Source of the DNA: Propionibacterium ruminifibrarum
Lineage (GTDB): Bacteria; Actinomycetota; Actinomycetes; Propionibacteriales; Propionibacteriaceae
NCBI RefSeq assembly: GCF_900289195.1
Contig: NZ_OMOH01000006.1
Coordinates: forward strand, 160,419-192,418
Direction of reading: 5' to 3'
Length of the DNA: 32,000 nt
The notes under the pieces were generated by a model. It saw only the letters and a program-made list of their open reading frames with translations. It ran no database searches and was not told where the DNA came from. Shown here in pieces: positions 7,228-15,043 of the stretch (positions within the stretch are counted from its first letter, which is position 1; the number at the start of each line of letters is the position of its first letter). Both the position numbers and the translations under genes were made by a program.

Positions 7228-8564
7228 AGTACGTGTACCTCCTGGCTCTCGGGGCCTTCATCAATGCCGTGGGCTCCGGCCTCAGCGCCTTCGGCCTGGC
7301 GATCTTCGCCTACCAGACCTGGGGCAGCGCCTCGGCAGTGGGCGTTGTTCAGCTGTGCGCCTTTACACCGATCATCGTGCTGGCGCCCCTGGCCGGCGTG
7401 TTGGCGGACCGCTTCGACCGGCGTGTCATGATGATGATCGGGGACGGAGGCTCCGTAGTTGGCTTGGCCCTGGTCTGGTTCGCCCTCGGCTCTCACTCGC
7501 CCCGCCTGGGCGCGGTGCTGGCCGGACTGACCCTTTCCGCCTGCCTGGCGGCACTGACCGAGCCGGCGCTGCGCGCCTCCGTGAGTGACCTCGTCAGTCC
7601 CGAGCATCACGTTCGCAGCTCTGGGCTCCTGCAAGTGGCCGCGTCCGCACGTTATCTGGTCTCCCCCGTCCTGGCCGGAGTCCTGCTGCCCATGACGGGT
7701 CTGCGCACCCTGGTCGCGCTCGACGCCGCCACCTGCGTGGTCACCGTTGCTTGCACCTGCATCGTCATGCGGGCCGTCGGCCACCCCCGCAAGTACGGCC
7801 GGAATGACCGATCGGGTGCTACCGCCGAACTGCTCTTGGGCTGGCGAATTCTGCGCCGCCGCAACAACGTGCGCATCGTCGTCGAGCTCATGACCTTCAT
7901 GACTGCCACCGTCGGTACGGTGCAGATCCTGTTCAAGCCGATCCTGCTTCCCCATGTGAGTACCGCCGCCATGGGACGTATTGAGACCCTGTGCGCCGCC
8001 GGCATCCTCGCCGGGGCGGCACTCACCACCGTGGCAGGCAGGATCGTTCCTGAGCTGCTGCTCGCTCTGGGCACTGGCGGAGCCGGGCTGTTCATGGTCG
8101 CGCTGTCACTGCGTACCTGGCCCTGGTGGGTGGTGACGAGTGGATTCGGTGTCTTCGCGGCACTGGCACTGTGCAACGCCGGCGCCGAGACACTCGTGCG
8201 CCGCAGTGTCGACACCGAGCACCAGGCCCGAGTCTGGGGCGTCATCAGCCTGGTCACACAGCTCGGCTACGTCCTGGCATACGCCACCGCCGGCCCCCTG
8301 ACGGACCGCGTCCTCCAGCCACTCATGGAGCCTCGAGCACCGCTGGCCCCAAGCCTGGGCGCAATCATGGGCGTCGGCGCCGGTCGCGGCGCCGCGCTGC
8401 TCGTAGCACTGGCGGGCCTGACCACCACCGGTCTGGCCGTGCTGATTCATGCCCGCCGCGCCGTCCTCGTCCCGGCCAGGCCCGAGTCCAGCGGTGACCA
8501 GTACGGCGGGCCGCAAGGCCGCGACGAGACGGTCAGGATCGGGACGGGGCCCGAGTCATGCTGA
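7224..8564 (+). CDS. MFS transporter (DHA3/EntS-like efflux type)
   Basis: The start overlaps the tetR stop (ATGA). There are about 12 hydrophobic segments. The N-terminal motif LAGVLADRFDRR resembles the macrolide/enterobactin-exporter-like MFS subfamily. Confidence 0.8.
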   Translation: MKYVYLLALGAFINAVGSGLSAFGLAIFAYQTWGSASAVGVVQLCAFTPIIVLAPLAGVLADRFDRRVMMMIGDGGSVVGLALVWFALGSHSPRLGAVLAGLTLSACLAALTEPALRASVSDLVSPEHHVRSSGLLQVAASARYLVSPVLAGVLLPMTGLRTLVALDAATCVVTVACTCIVMRAVGHPRKYGRNDRSGATAELLLGWRILRRRNNVRIVVELMTFMTATVGTVQILFKPILLPHVSTAAMGRIETLCAAGILAGAALTTVAGRIVPELLLALGTGGAGLFMVALSLRTWPWWVVTSGFGVFAALALCNAGAETLVRRSVDTEHQARVWGVISLVTQLGYVLAYATAGPLTDRVLQPLMEPRAPLAPSLGAIMGVGAGRGAALLVALAGLTTTGLAVLIHARRAVLVPARPESSGDQYGGPQGRDETVRIGTGPESC

Positions 8565-10876
8565 CCCGACTGCTCAAGGCCGATCTGGCGCGTGGGTTTG
8601 CCGTTTCCCTGTCGCTGACCGTGCTCATCGCCCTGGCGGCGGCACTCGTGACAGCAGGCACGAGTCTCATCACCGGCACCGTCACATCCATCGGCCGTCT
8701 GTCCGCACATGCGCGGGTCCCCGATCTGATACAGATGCATGCCGGGCAGGCCGACCCCGGGGAGATCGACACATGGGCCGCCTCCCGCGACGACATCGTC
8801 GAGCATCAGGTCATCAAGACGCTGCGCGTCTCGAAGCAGACGCTCACGATCGCGGGCACCAACCAGGCAGACTCCTATACCGAGGCGGCCTTCGTCACCT
8901 CACCCGAGCACTTCGACCTGCTCCTGGGCGACGGCGACGCGCCCGTTGACCCGGCGCCCGGAGAGGTGGCCCTGCCGGTCCACTACCAGGCCATCGGCAT
9001 CGCCGAGGTGGGGGACATGGTGACCGTGGACACTGGGGACTGGTCCACGAGCCTCAGGGTGGTTGGGTTCTTCCGGGACGCCCAGATGAACGCCCAGATG
9101 ATTCCCTCCAAACGTCTCGTGGTCAGTACCGAGGACTTCGCCGTCATGGAGGACCACCTCGGCGACACCGAGTACCTCGTGGAGTTCATCCTCGCCGATG
9201 CCTCGGCGTCAGACACGGTCATCAACGACTACCGAGCAGCAGGGCTGCCCAGCACTGGTATCGCCGTGACCGCCTTGCAGATACGGCTCATCAACTCCCT
9301 GAGCACCATGCTCATCGCCGCCGTCGCCGTCCTCGTCGCCATACTCCTCGTCGCGGTGGCCGTACTGGCTCTGCGCTACACGGTACTGGCGTCCTTGGAA
9401 ATCGACCTCCCTCAGATCGCCGTCCTCAGGGCAATCGGCGCGCCACCGGGGAGGATCGGTCGCCTCTACCTGCTCAAATACCTGGTTCTGGCTCTGGCCG
9501 GAGGAATCGCGGGATGCCTGGCCGGTTATCCGCTGTCCTCGGCCCTGGGCGCCCCCACACGGCTCTACCTGGGCGCGCCACCCGCCACATGGGAGTCCAT
9601 CGCCATGCCGGTGGTCCTGACGGCGGGCATGGTGGGCGTCACTGTCGGCTTCGTCGCCCTGACCCTGAGACGTATCGGCGCGGTCTCAGTAGTCGAGGTC
9701 CTGCGCAGAGGCGCCGGTGACGGTATGCAGTCCCGCCGCCATTGGAGACTGTCGCGCTCGCGCCTCCTGCCGGTGCAGCAGTGGCTCGGGCTGCGTGCGG
9801 CGCTGCGTCCCACCAATGCGCTGCTGCTCGGGGTCATCACCCTGTGCACTTTCACCATGGCACTACCCACTGGTGTCGCCACCACTCTGGACGACCCGAG
9901 CCTCGCCACATATCTGGGCACCGGGCAGGCCGATCTGCGCATCGACGCCTCCACCGGCAGCCAGGACCTTTCCGCAGCGGTCTCCGCAGTGGAAAGGACT
10001 CTCACCGCGGACTCCCGCGTGACCAAGCACACCACGATTGCGCGCCGCGACTACCAGATGCCCGCCTCCGACGGCTCCTGGAGCTCGGTACTGATAGACA
10101 TCGGCGACCATGACGCCTTCCCCATGAGCTACATATCCGGCCGTGGCCCCTCCACACTCGAAGAGATATCCCTGTCATACAGCAGGGCCGAGGAGTCGGG
10201 TGTCGGCGTCGGGGATACCGTCACCGTCCGTTCTCCCGCCGGCGATCGCAGTCTGAAGGTCACCGGAATCTATCAGGACATCACCAACAACGGCCTGACC
10301 GCCAAAGCACTCTTCGACGACGACGCACCCACGCTCTGGATGACCATCTACGCCGATATCGACGACTCGTATGTGATCTCAGCCGTCGCGGCCGACTTGC
10401 GCGCCTCGCTGCCTGGAGTGCAGGTGACGGGGATGAATGAATACGCCTCACAACTCTTCGGAGCCACCGCCGCACAGGTCCGAACTGTCGCGGCCATGGC
10501 CTGCACCGTCGCCCTGGCTCTTACCTTCCTCATCACCACTGTGTTCGTGGTCCTGGTCCTGGCCCGGGAGGAATCCCAAGTGGGCATTCTGCGGGCCCTG
10601 GGCTCCACACGACACGATATTGCGGGTCAGTACGTCACCCGTCTCGGTCTTCTGGCCGCGGCGGGGGTGGGGCTGGGACTGCTCCTGAGCGCGACCATGG
10701 GCGAGAGGGCGATCGGGTTGCTTCTGGGCACGCGAGGAGCACCCGCGGTTCAACTGCTGCCCGACCCCTGGCTGACGTGGCTGATCATTCCGACCATGGT
10801 GCTGCTCACCGTCGCCGGAGCCGCCGGTCTGACCATGCACAGACTGAAAACCATGACCTTGGCCATCATCGATTGA
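8558..10876 (+). CDS. ABC transporter permease with two FtsX/MacB-type modules (772 aa)
   Basis: The start overlaps the MFS stop (ATGCTGA). The layout is a tandem duplication: TM1, ~200-aa extracytoplasmic domain, 3 TM, then the same again. Each half carries the motif L(R)A(I/L)GA(P/S) (VLRAIGAPPGRI and ILRALGSTRHDI), typical of FtsX domains. Confidence 0.8.
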   Translation: MLTRLLKADLARGFAVSLSLTVLIALAAALVTAGTSLITGTVTSIGRLSAHARVPDLIQMHAGQADPGEIDTWAASRDDIVEHQVIKTLRVSKQTLTIAGTNQADSYTEAAFVTSPEHFDLLLGDGDAPVDPAPGEVALPVHYQAIGIAEVGDMVTVDTGDWSTSLRVVGFFRDAQMNAQMIPSKRLVVSTEDFAVMEDHLGDTEYLVEFILADASASDTVINDYRAAGLPSTGIAVTALQIRLINSLSTMLIAAVAVLVAILLVAVAVLALRYTVLASLEIDLPQIAVLRAIGAPPGRIGRLYLLKYLVLALAGGIAGCLAGYPLSSALGAPTRLYLGAPPATWESIAMPVVLTAGMVGVTVGFVALTLRRIGAVSVVEVLRRGAGDGMQSRRHWRLSRSRLLPVQQWLGLRAALRPTNALLLGVITLCTFTMALPTGVATTLDDPSLATYLGTGQADLRIDASTGSQDLSAAVSAVERTLTADSRVTKHTTIARRDYQMPASDGSWSSVLIDIGDHDAFPMSYISGRGPSTLEEISLSYSRAEESGVGVGDTVTVRSPAGDRSLKVTGIYQDITNNGLTAKALFDDDAPTLWMTIYADIDDSYVISAVAADLRASLPGVQVTGMNEYASQLFGATAAQVRTVAAMACTVALALTFLITTVFVVLVLAREESQVGILRALGSTRHDIAGQYVTRLGLLAAAGVGLGLLLSATMGERAIGLLLGTRGAPAVQLLPDPWLTWLIIPTMVLLTVAGAAGLTMHRLKTMTLAIID

Positions 10877-10916
10877 AATGCCCACATCTCTTGACCGGAT
10901 ACTGAGGAAACCCGAC

Positions 10917-11711
10917 ATGACCGACGCTGCCACCGCCCGCTCCCCGCACCTTCCGGCGCAGTCGTCCCCTGCAGTGCTGCGCGCACGCAACCTGTCGAAG
11001 CACTATGGCGACGCCCGAGTACTGGACGGGCTCGATCTGGACATCGACCGCGGTCAATTCGTGGCTGTCATGGGCCCCTCCGGCTCGGGCAAATCCACGT
11101 TCCTGCACTGTCTGAGCGGTATGACCCGCCCCAGCGGAGGCTCCGTCCTGCTGCGGGACACCGACCTGACCGCGCTCGATGAGAGGGCACTGGCGGCACT
11201 GCGCCTGGAGCACTTCGGCCTCGTCTTCCAGCAGCCGCACTTCATGAGCACTCTGTGCCTGTTGGACAACGTCCTTCTGCCCGGCTTCCTGTCCCGTCGG
11301 CGTCCTCGTGAGGAGGTCACGGCCAGGGGGCGAATGCTGCTGGAACGTATGGGTATAGCCGACTTGGCGGATGCCGATGTCACGGAGGTCTCAGGCGGCC
11401 AGCTCCAGCGGGCCGGTATCTGCAGGGCCCTCATCAACGAGGCGGCGGTGCTCTTCGCCGACGAACCCACCGGAGCACTCAACTCCGCGACCGCCGCCCG
11501 CATCCTCGACGTCTTCGGGGAGATTCATGTGCGGGGCACCACCATTGTCATGGTCACCCACGACGCCAAAGTAGCCTTGCGAGCCGACCGCGTCCTGGTG
11601 CTCGTGGACGGAGGCGTCGAAGAGGACCTGCTACTTGGTCATTACCGAGAAGACCAGTCGGCGGAGCGCCTGGTCCGGGTATCCGCGGCGCTCAACCGTC
11701 AGTCGGTGTAA
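10917..11711 (+). CDS. ABC transporter ATP-binding protein (MacB/LolD-type partner of the FtsX permease)
   Basis: Walker A GPSGSGKST, signature VSGGQLQR, Walker B VLFADEPTGALN, H-loop VTHD. ATG 10917 has RBS gaggaa at 10905-10910. The in-frame ATG at 10878 is the alternative start. Confidence 0.85.
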   Translation: MTDAATARSPHLPAQSSPAVLRARNLSKHYGDARVLDGLDLDIDRGQFVAVMGPSGSGKSTFLHCLSGMTRPSGGSVLLRDTDLTALDERALAALRLEHFGLVFQQPHFMSTLCLLDNVLLPGFLSRRRPREEVTARGRMLLERMGIADLADADVTEVSGGQLQRAGICRALINEAAVLFADEPTGALNSATAARILDVFGEIHVRGTTIVMVTHDAKVALRADRVLVLVDGGVEEDLLLGHYREDQSAERLVRVSAALNRQSV

Positions 11712-11731
11712 CGCGCCGACCAACCCGCGCG

Positions 11732-11767
11732 CCGGCCCCGGCACATCCCGCGTGAACCGGGGCCCGG
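11732..11767. terminator. Imperfect GC hairpin in the convergent gap between the ABC ATPase gene and the ECF gene
   Basis: ccggccccgg (11732-11741) pairs with ccggggcccgg (11757-11767) with one bulge. It sits between two converging stop codons (11711 and 11821). Confidence 0.3.
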
Positions 11768-11820
11768 GATGGTTCTCGTGCCCGGCGCCCCGACGGCATG
11801 GGAGGGGCCGGCGGATTCGG

Positions 11821-14034
11821 TCACCAGAGCACCCAGGCGACGATCGTCGCCGCCCAGACGACGAGAATGACCGCCGTGTCGCGCACCCGCCACGGATCGC
11901 GGACCAGCTCCGTGCGGTGGTCGAACGCGCCGAAGGCCCGCGAGTCCATCGACAGCGCGACCCGCTCCCCGTGCTGCACGGCGATGATGAGCAGCGGGAC
12001 GATCGAGCCCGCCCACCGGATGGCCGGGCCGAGCGGCCCCCAGCGGCGACCGACCCCGCGCAGCGCCCGAGCGGTTCTCAGCAGGCGGAAGTCGACCCGG
12101 AACCTGGTCAGGAAGGCCAGCGCGGCGGTCCCGGCCGAGGCCAGGCGGTACGGAAGGTGCAGGCGAGCGGTCGCCGCCCGCAGGATCGCCTCGGGGTCGG
12201 TGGCGATGCCCGAGACGAGGACGAGCGCCAGGAGCGCCCCGATCGTCGTTCCGGCCTGGCCGGGACCGCCGATGTCGCGTATCCCGGTGTAGACATCGGG
12301 ATTGATGGCCGTGGAGACCGCCCAGGTCAGGATCGCTGCGATCAACCAGACGGCGGTGATGGAGCCGGCGATGCGCCGCAGGCTGCTGCGCGAGCCGGCG
12401 ATGGCGAGTGAGGCGAGGGCCATGATGATGAGGTTCGCCGTCACGTCACGGTGGGCGATGACGAAGGCCGCCGGCAACAGGATCGCTGCGAGCATGGTGA
12501 ACGGGTTGAGCGAGCCGAGCAGTGATCTGTTGGGCTGTGGTGGGGGCGCCGGTGGTCTGTCCCGCTCCGCCCCCAACGGCAGGGCGATGATGTGCGTGGC
12601 GTGCTCGGCCGCCAGTTCGAGGTCATGAGTGGCCATGAGCACGCTCGCCCCCTCGGCGCGCAGCTCATGGATGAAGTCCATGAGCTCGCGGGTGTTGGCC
12701 CAGTCCTGGCCGTAGGTCGGCTCGTCCAGGGCGATGAGCCTCTTCCCGGCACCGACCATCGTCGCCACCGAGAGGCGACGAGACTGCCCGCCGGAGAGGG
12801 TGAGCGGGTGCTGGGTTCTGAACTCGGTCAGGTGGAACTGGTCCAGCAGCCGGTCGACCTGGGCCGTCTGGAGGCCGTCGAAGGCCAGCTCGGCCTCGAC
12901 GCTCGAGGTGACGAACTGATGCTCCGGGTTCTGGAAGACGTAGCCCACGCGGGGATCCCCGGTCCTCACCGGGGTACCGTCGATCGTCGCCGTGCCGACA
13001 GAACCCCTGACGACCCCGGCCAAGGCGCCGAGCAACGATGTCTTGCCCGCACCGTTCTCGCCGATCAGGGCGATGAGCTCTCCCCCGCCGAGCCGCGCCG
13101 AGACGGCCGGCGAGCGGCCGGGGACACCGAAGTCGGTCAGCTCGCATCGTGCGGCCTCCCCGGGCTCGACGGTGGCGAGTCCATCGATGTCATGCCACCG
13201 ACCGTCGGTCTTGGCGAGGTAGCGCACCGCGTCACGGCGACACAGCTCGGTCAGCGTCGGCGGGTCGGCGACCGTCGGCCGCAGTGCCCTGGGCAGCCAG
13301 ATCCCGGCGGCGTCGAGTTCCGCCCGGTGCGAACCATAGACCTCGTCGGGGCTGCCGGCGGCGATCGTGCGGCCGTCCTCGTCGAGGGCGATGACCCGGT
13401 CGACCGCTGGCAGGATGGGGTCGAGATCGTGGTCGATGACCAGGACGCCCATGCCCTGCTCGATGAGCGGCGGCAGCAGCCGGTAGAAGTCCTCGCGCCC
13501 GTCGGGGTCGATGGTCGAGGTCGGCTCGTCCAGCACGAGCAGGGCCGGTTTCATGGCCAGTGCCACCGCCAGGGCGAGCCGCTGGCGCTGCCCGCCCGAG
13601 AGCACCCAGGGATCGTCCCACGGCCGGTCTCCCAGGCCGACCATGCCCAGCGCCTCCGCGGCACGCGCCTCGACCTCCTCGGGAGGCAGGCACAGGTTCT
13701 GCAGGGGGAAGCAGACCTCGTCGTGGAGGCTGCGGGCGACGATCGCCGCGTCGGGGTTCTGACCGACGAAGCCGATGCGGGTGGCTATCTGCATCACCTC
13801 GGCGTCGGCCATCTCGGCGCCGTCGAGGACGACGCTGCCCCGGTAGTCGGCCGGGATGCAGTGCGGGATGAGCCCGCAGGCCGTCCTCACGAGCGAGGTC
13901 TTGCCGCAGCCCGAGGGGCCGATGACGGCGGTGACCCGGCCCGCGTACTGGTCGAGAGCAGCCGCGTCGAGCACCCAGCGTTCGGTCCCGGGGTAACGGA
14001 CGCCGAGCCCCCGGATGGTCAGCAGGGCGGTCAT
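11821..14034 (-). CDS. Fused ECF-transporter energizing module: ATPase, ATPase and EcfT/CbiQ-type transmembrane domain in one 737-aa ORF
   Basis: There are two ABC cassettes: Walker A GPSGCGKTS and GENGAGKTS; signatures LSGGQRQR and LSGGQSRR; Walker B LLVLDEPTS and LIALDEPTY. About 240 hydrophobic C-terminal residues follow, with Ala-Arg-Gly type coupling motifs (TARALRGVG, SMDSRAF). ATG 14034 overlaps the S-component stop (ATGA). The track ORF start at 14244 is an upstream extension running through the S-component gene. Confidence 0.85.
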   Translation of the reverse strand: MTALLTIRGLGVRYPGTERWVLDAAALDQYAGRVTAVIGPSGCGKTSLVRTACGLIPHCIPADYRGSVVLDGAEMADAEVMQIATRIGFVGQNPDAAIVARSLHDEVCFPLQNLCLPPEEVEARAAEALGMVGLGDRPWDDPWVLSGGQRQRLALAVALAMKPALLVLDEPTSTIDPDGREDFYRLLPPLIEQGMGVLVIDHDLDPILPAVDRVIALDEDGRTIAAGSPDEVYGSHRAELDAAGIWLPRALRPTVADPPTLTELCRRDAVRYLAKTDGRWHDIDGLATVEPGEAARCELTDFGVPGRSPAVSARLGGGELIALIGENGAGKTSLLGALAGVVRGSVGTATIDGTPVRTGDPRVGYVFQNPEHQFVTSSVEAELAFDGLQTAQVDRLLDQFHLTEFRTQHPLTLSGGQSRRLSVATMVGAGKRLIALDEPTYGQDWANTRELMDFIHELRAEGASVLMATHDLELAAEHATHIIALPLGAERDRPPAPPPQPNRSLLGSLNPFTMLAAILLPAAFVIAHRDVTANLIIMALASLAIAGSRSSLRRIAGSITAVWLIAAILTWAVSTAINPDVYTGIRDIGGPGQAGTTIGALLALVLVSGIATDPEAILRAATARLHLPYRLASAGTAALAFLTRFRVDFRLLRTARALRGVGRRWGPLGPAIRWAGSIVPLLIIAVQHGERVALSMDSRAFGAFDHRTELVRDPWRVRDTAVILVVWAATIVAWVLW

Positions 14035-14633
14035 CGGCGTCGGGCGGAGCCGACCCCGGCCCTGGCGAGCAGGGAACCGATGAACAGGCAGACCGCCACA
14101 CCGGCCAGGCAGGAGACGATGGAGACCCCTACGATCCCCACGGACACCCCGGTGGAGGTGGTGAACTGCACCATTCCCAGGTACAGCAGGCCGTTGATGC
14201 ATCCGAAGACGCACCCCGAGATGGCGAACGACCACCATGTCCATACGCGGTAGAGCAGGACCGCCAGCGGCAGCTCGACGAAGGCCGCCCCCAGCACGTT
14301 GCCGATGATCGTCGCCGGACCCGAGGGAGTGGTGAAGGCCGCGATGATGCCCATGATGAGCCCGGCGATGATTGCGGCGCCCGGTTTGCGGACGACGACC
14401 GCCGGCAGCAGATAGGGGATGAGCCAGGCCCCCATGAACGAGCAGGCGATGAACAGGCCCCTGGGTGTGAGGAGCATGGTGGCGCTGATGTAACTGAGCG
14501 CCACGACGATGATCGAGCCCACCACGGCGAGCGCCGCGGTGATCATGAGATTGCGCGTCCCCAGGACGCTGTTGGCCAGCCCCTTGCGTGTTGACTGGTG
14601 GATGGTGTCCTGATTTGTGGCATCGCCGCTCAC
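14031..14633 (-). CDS. ECF transporter substrate-specific (S) component, YkoE-like
   Basis: GTG start with AGGAGG at 14639-14644. About 6 TM segments. VRKPGAAIIAGLIMGIIAAFTTPSGP aligns with B. subtilis YkoE IRKPGAALVSEIIAALVECLLGNPSGP, recalled from memory. It sits directly upstream of the fused ATPase/T gene. Confidence 0.75.
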   Translation of the reverse strand: MSGDATNQDTIHQSTRKGLANSVLGTRNLMITAALAVVGSIIVVALSYISATMLLTPRGLFIACSFMGAWLIPYLLPAVVVRKPGAAIIAGLIMGIIAAFTTPSGPATIIGNVLGAAFVELPLAVLLYRVWTWWSFAISGCVFGCINGLLYLGMVQFTTSTGVSVGIVGVSIVSCLAGVAVCLFIGSLLARAGVGSARRR

Positions 14634-14655
14634 GGCAACCTCCTGTTATTCGGTG

Positions 14656-14661
14656 AGCCTA
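14656..14661 (-). promoter_or_regulatory. Candidate -10 hexamer TAGGCT for the ECF operon
   Basis: The minus strand reads ggtaaggcTAGGCTcaccgaataacAGGAGGttgccGTG. It fits the actinobacterial TANNNT -10 and implies a leader of only ~16 nt. The -35 (gtggat) is weak. Confidence 0.3.
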
Positions 14662-14776
14662 GCCTTACCATAAGGGGAATCCACATCCCCCGCAAAGACT
14701 CCCCCGGAGATACTATTTGAGAATGAGAATCAAAGATACGACTGGAGGGCCGATCCGGCAACCCACCCGCGCGGTT

Positions 14777-14805
14777 TTGGCTTTTGCGGACAGGCACGCT
14801 ATTGT
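14777..14805 (+). promoter_or_regulatory. Candidate promoter of the tRNA-Asp/tRNA-Phe pair
   Basis: TTGGCT (14777-14782), a 17-nt spacer, then TATTGT (14800-14805), about 40 nt upstream of tRNA-Asp. Confidence 0.35.
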
Positions 14806-14843
14806 TGTGGAGCCCGCTCGCGCGGGCGGTACAAGTGAATCAA

Positions 14844-14917
14844 GGCCCTGTAGCGCAGTTGGTTAGCGCGCCGCCCTGTCACGGCGGAGGTCGTGGGTTC
14901 AAGTCCCATCAGGGTCG
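14844..14917 (+). tRNA. tRNA-Asp (anticodon GUC)
   Basis: Acceptor GGCCCTG/CAGGGTC, D arm GCGC-AGTTGGTTA-GCGC, anticodon arm CCGCC-CTGTCAC-GGCGG, T arm GTGGG-TTCAAGT-CCCAT, discriminator G. Confidence 0.9.
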
Positions 14918-14931
14918 CTCATCCTGATCTA

Positions 14932-15005
14932 GGCCAGGTAGCTCAGTTGGTAGTAGCGTACGCCTGAAAAGTGTAAGGTCGGCGGTTCGACCCCGCCCCT
15001 GGCCA
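14932..15005 (+). tRNA. tRNA-Phe (anticodon GAA)
   Basis: Acceptor GGCCAGG/CCTGGCC, anticodon arm TACGC-CTGAAAA-GTGTA, T arm GGCGG-TTCGACC-CCGCC, discriminator A. It lies 14 nt after tRNA-Asp. Confidence 0.9.
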
Positions 15006-15015
15006 CCCCGCCACG

Positions 15016-15043
15016 AACCGCAGCCGCTCAGCTGCGGTTTTTT
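15016..15043 (+). terminator. Rho-independent terminator of the tRNA pair
   Basis: Stem aaccgcagc (15016-15024) / gctgcggtt (15031-15039) followed by a run of T to 15043. The stop codon of the convergent hydrolase gene (15028-15030) sits in the loop. Confidence 0.75.

Noticed and set aside
10878-10916. ATG at 10878 as the start of the ABC ATPase (track ORF).
   Set aside because: It is possible, lying 1 nt after the permease stop. ATG 10917 has a well-spaced gaggaa RBS, and the 13 extra residues are not part of the ABC fold. It is kept as an alternative only.
12592-14253. 553-aa plus-strand ORF opposite the ECF ATPase gene.
   Set aside because: It is the antisense shadow of a gene with two complete sets of ABC motifs. 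It has no motifs of its own.
14748-14759. 12-mer ggccgatccggc shared between the ECF upstream region and the ACT-operon leader (21726-21737).
   Set aside because: A rough expectation for chance 12-mer repeats in 32 kb of this base composition is well above one. There is no extended similarity around it.
14634-14843. Expected TPP (THI-box) riboswitch upstream of the YkoE-like S component.
   Set aside because: I read the minus strand fully. There is no GGGG(U)GC...CUGAGA...ACCC...ACCUGAUCYGG.UAAU.CCRGCG arrangement. The ccgatccggc stretch lies on the wrong strand and lacks the pairing partner. This needs cmscan to be definitive.
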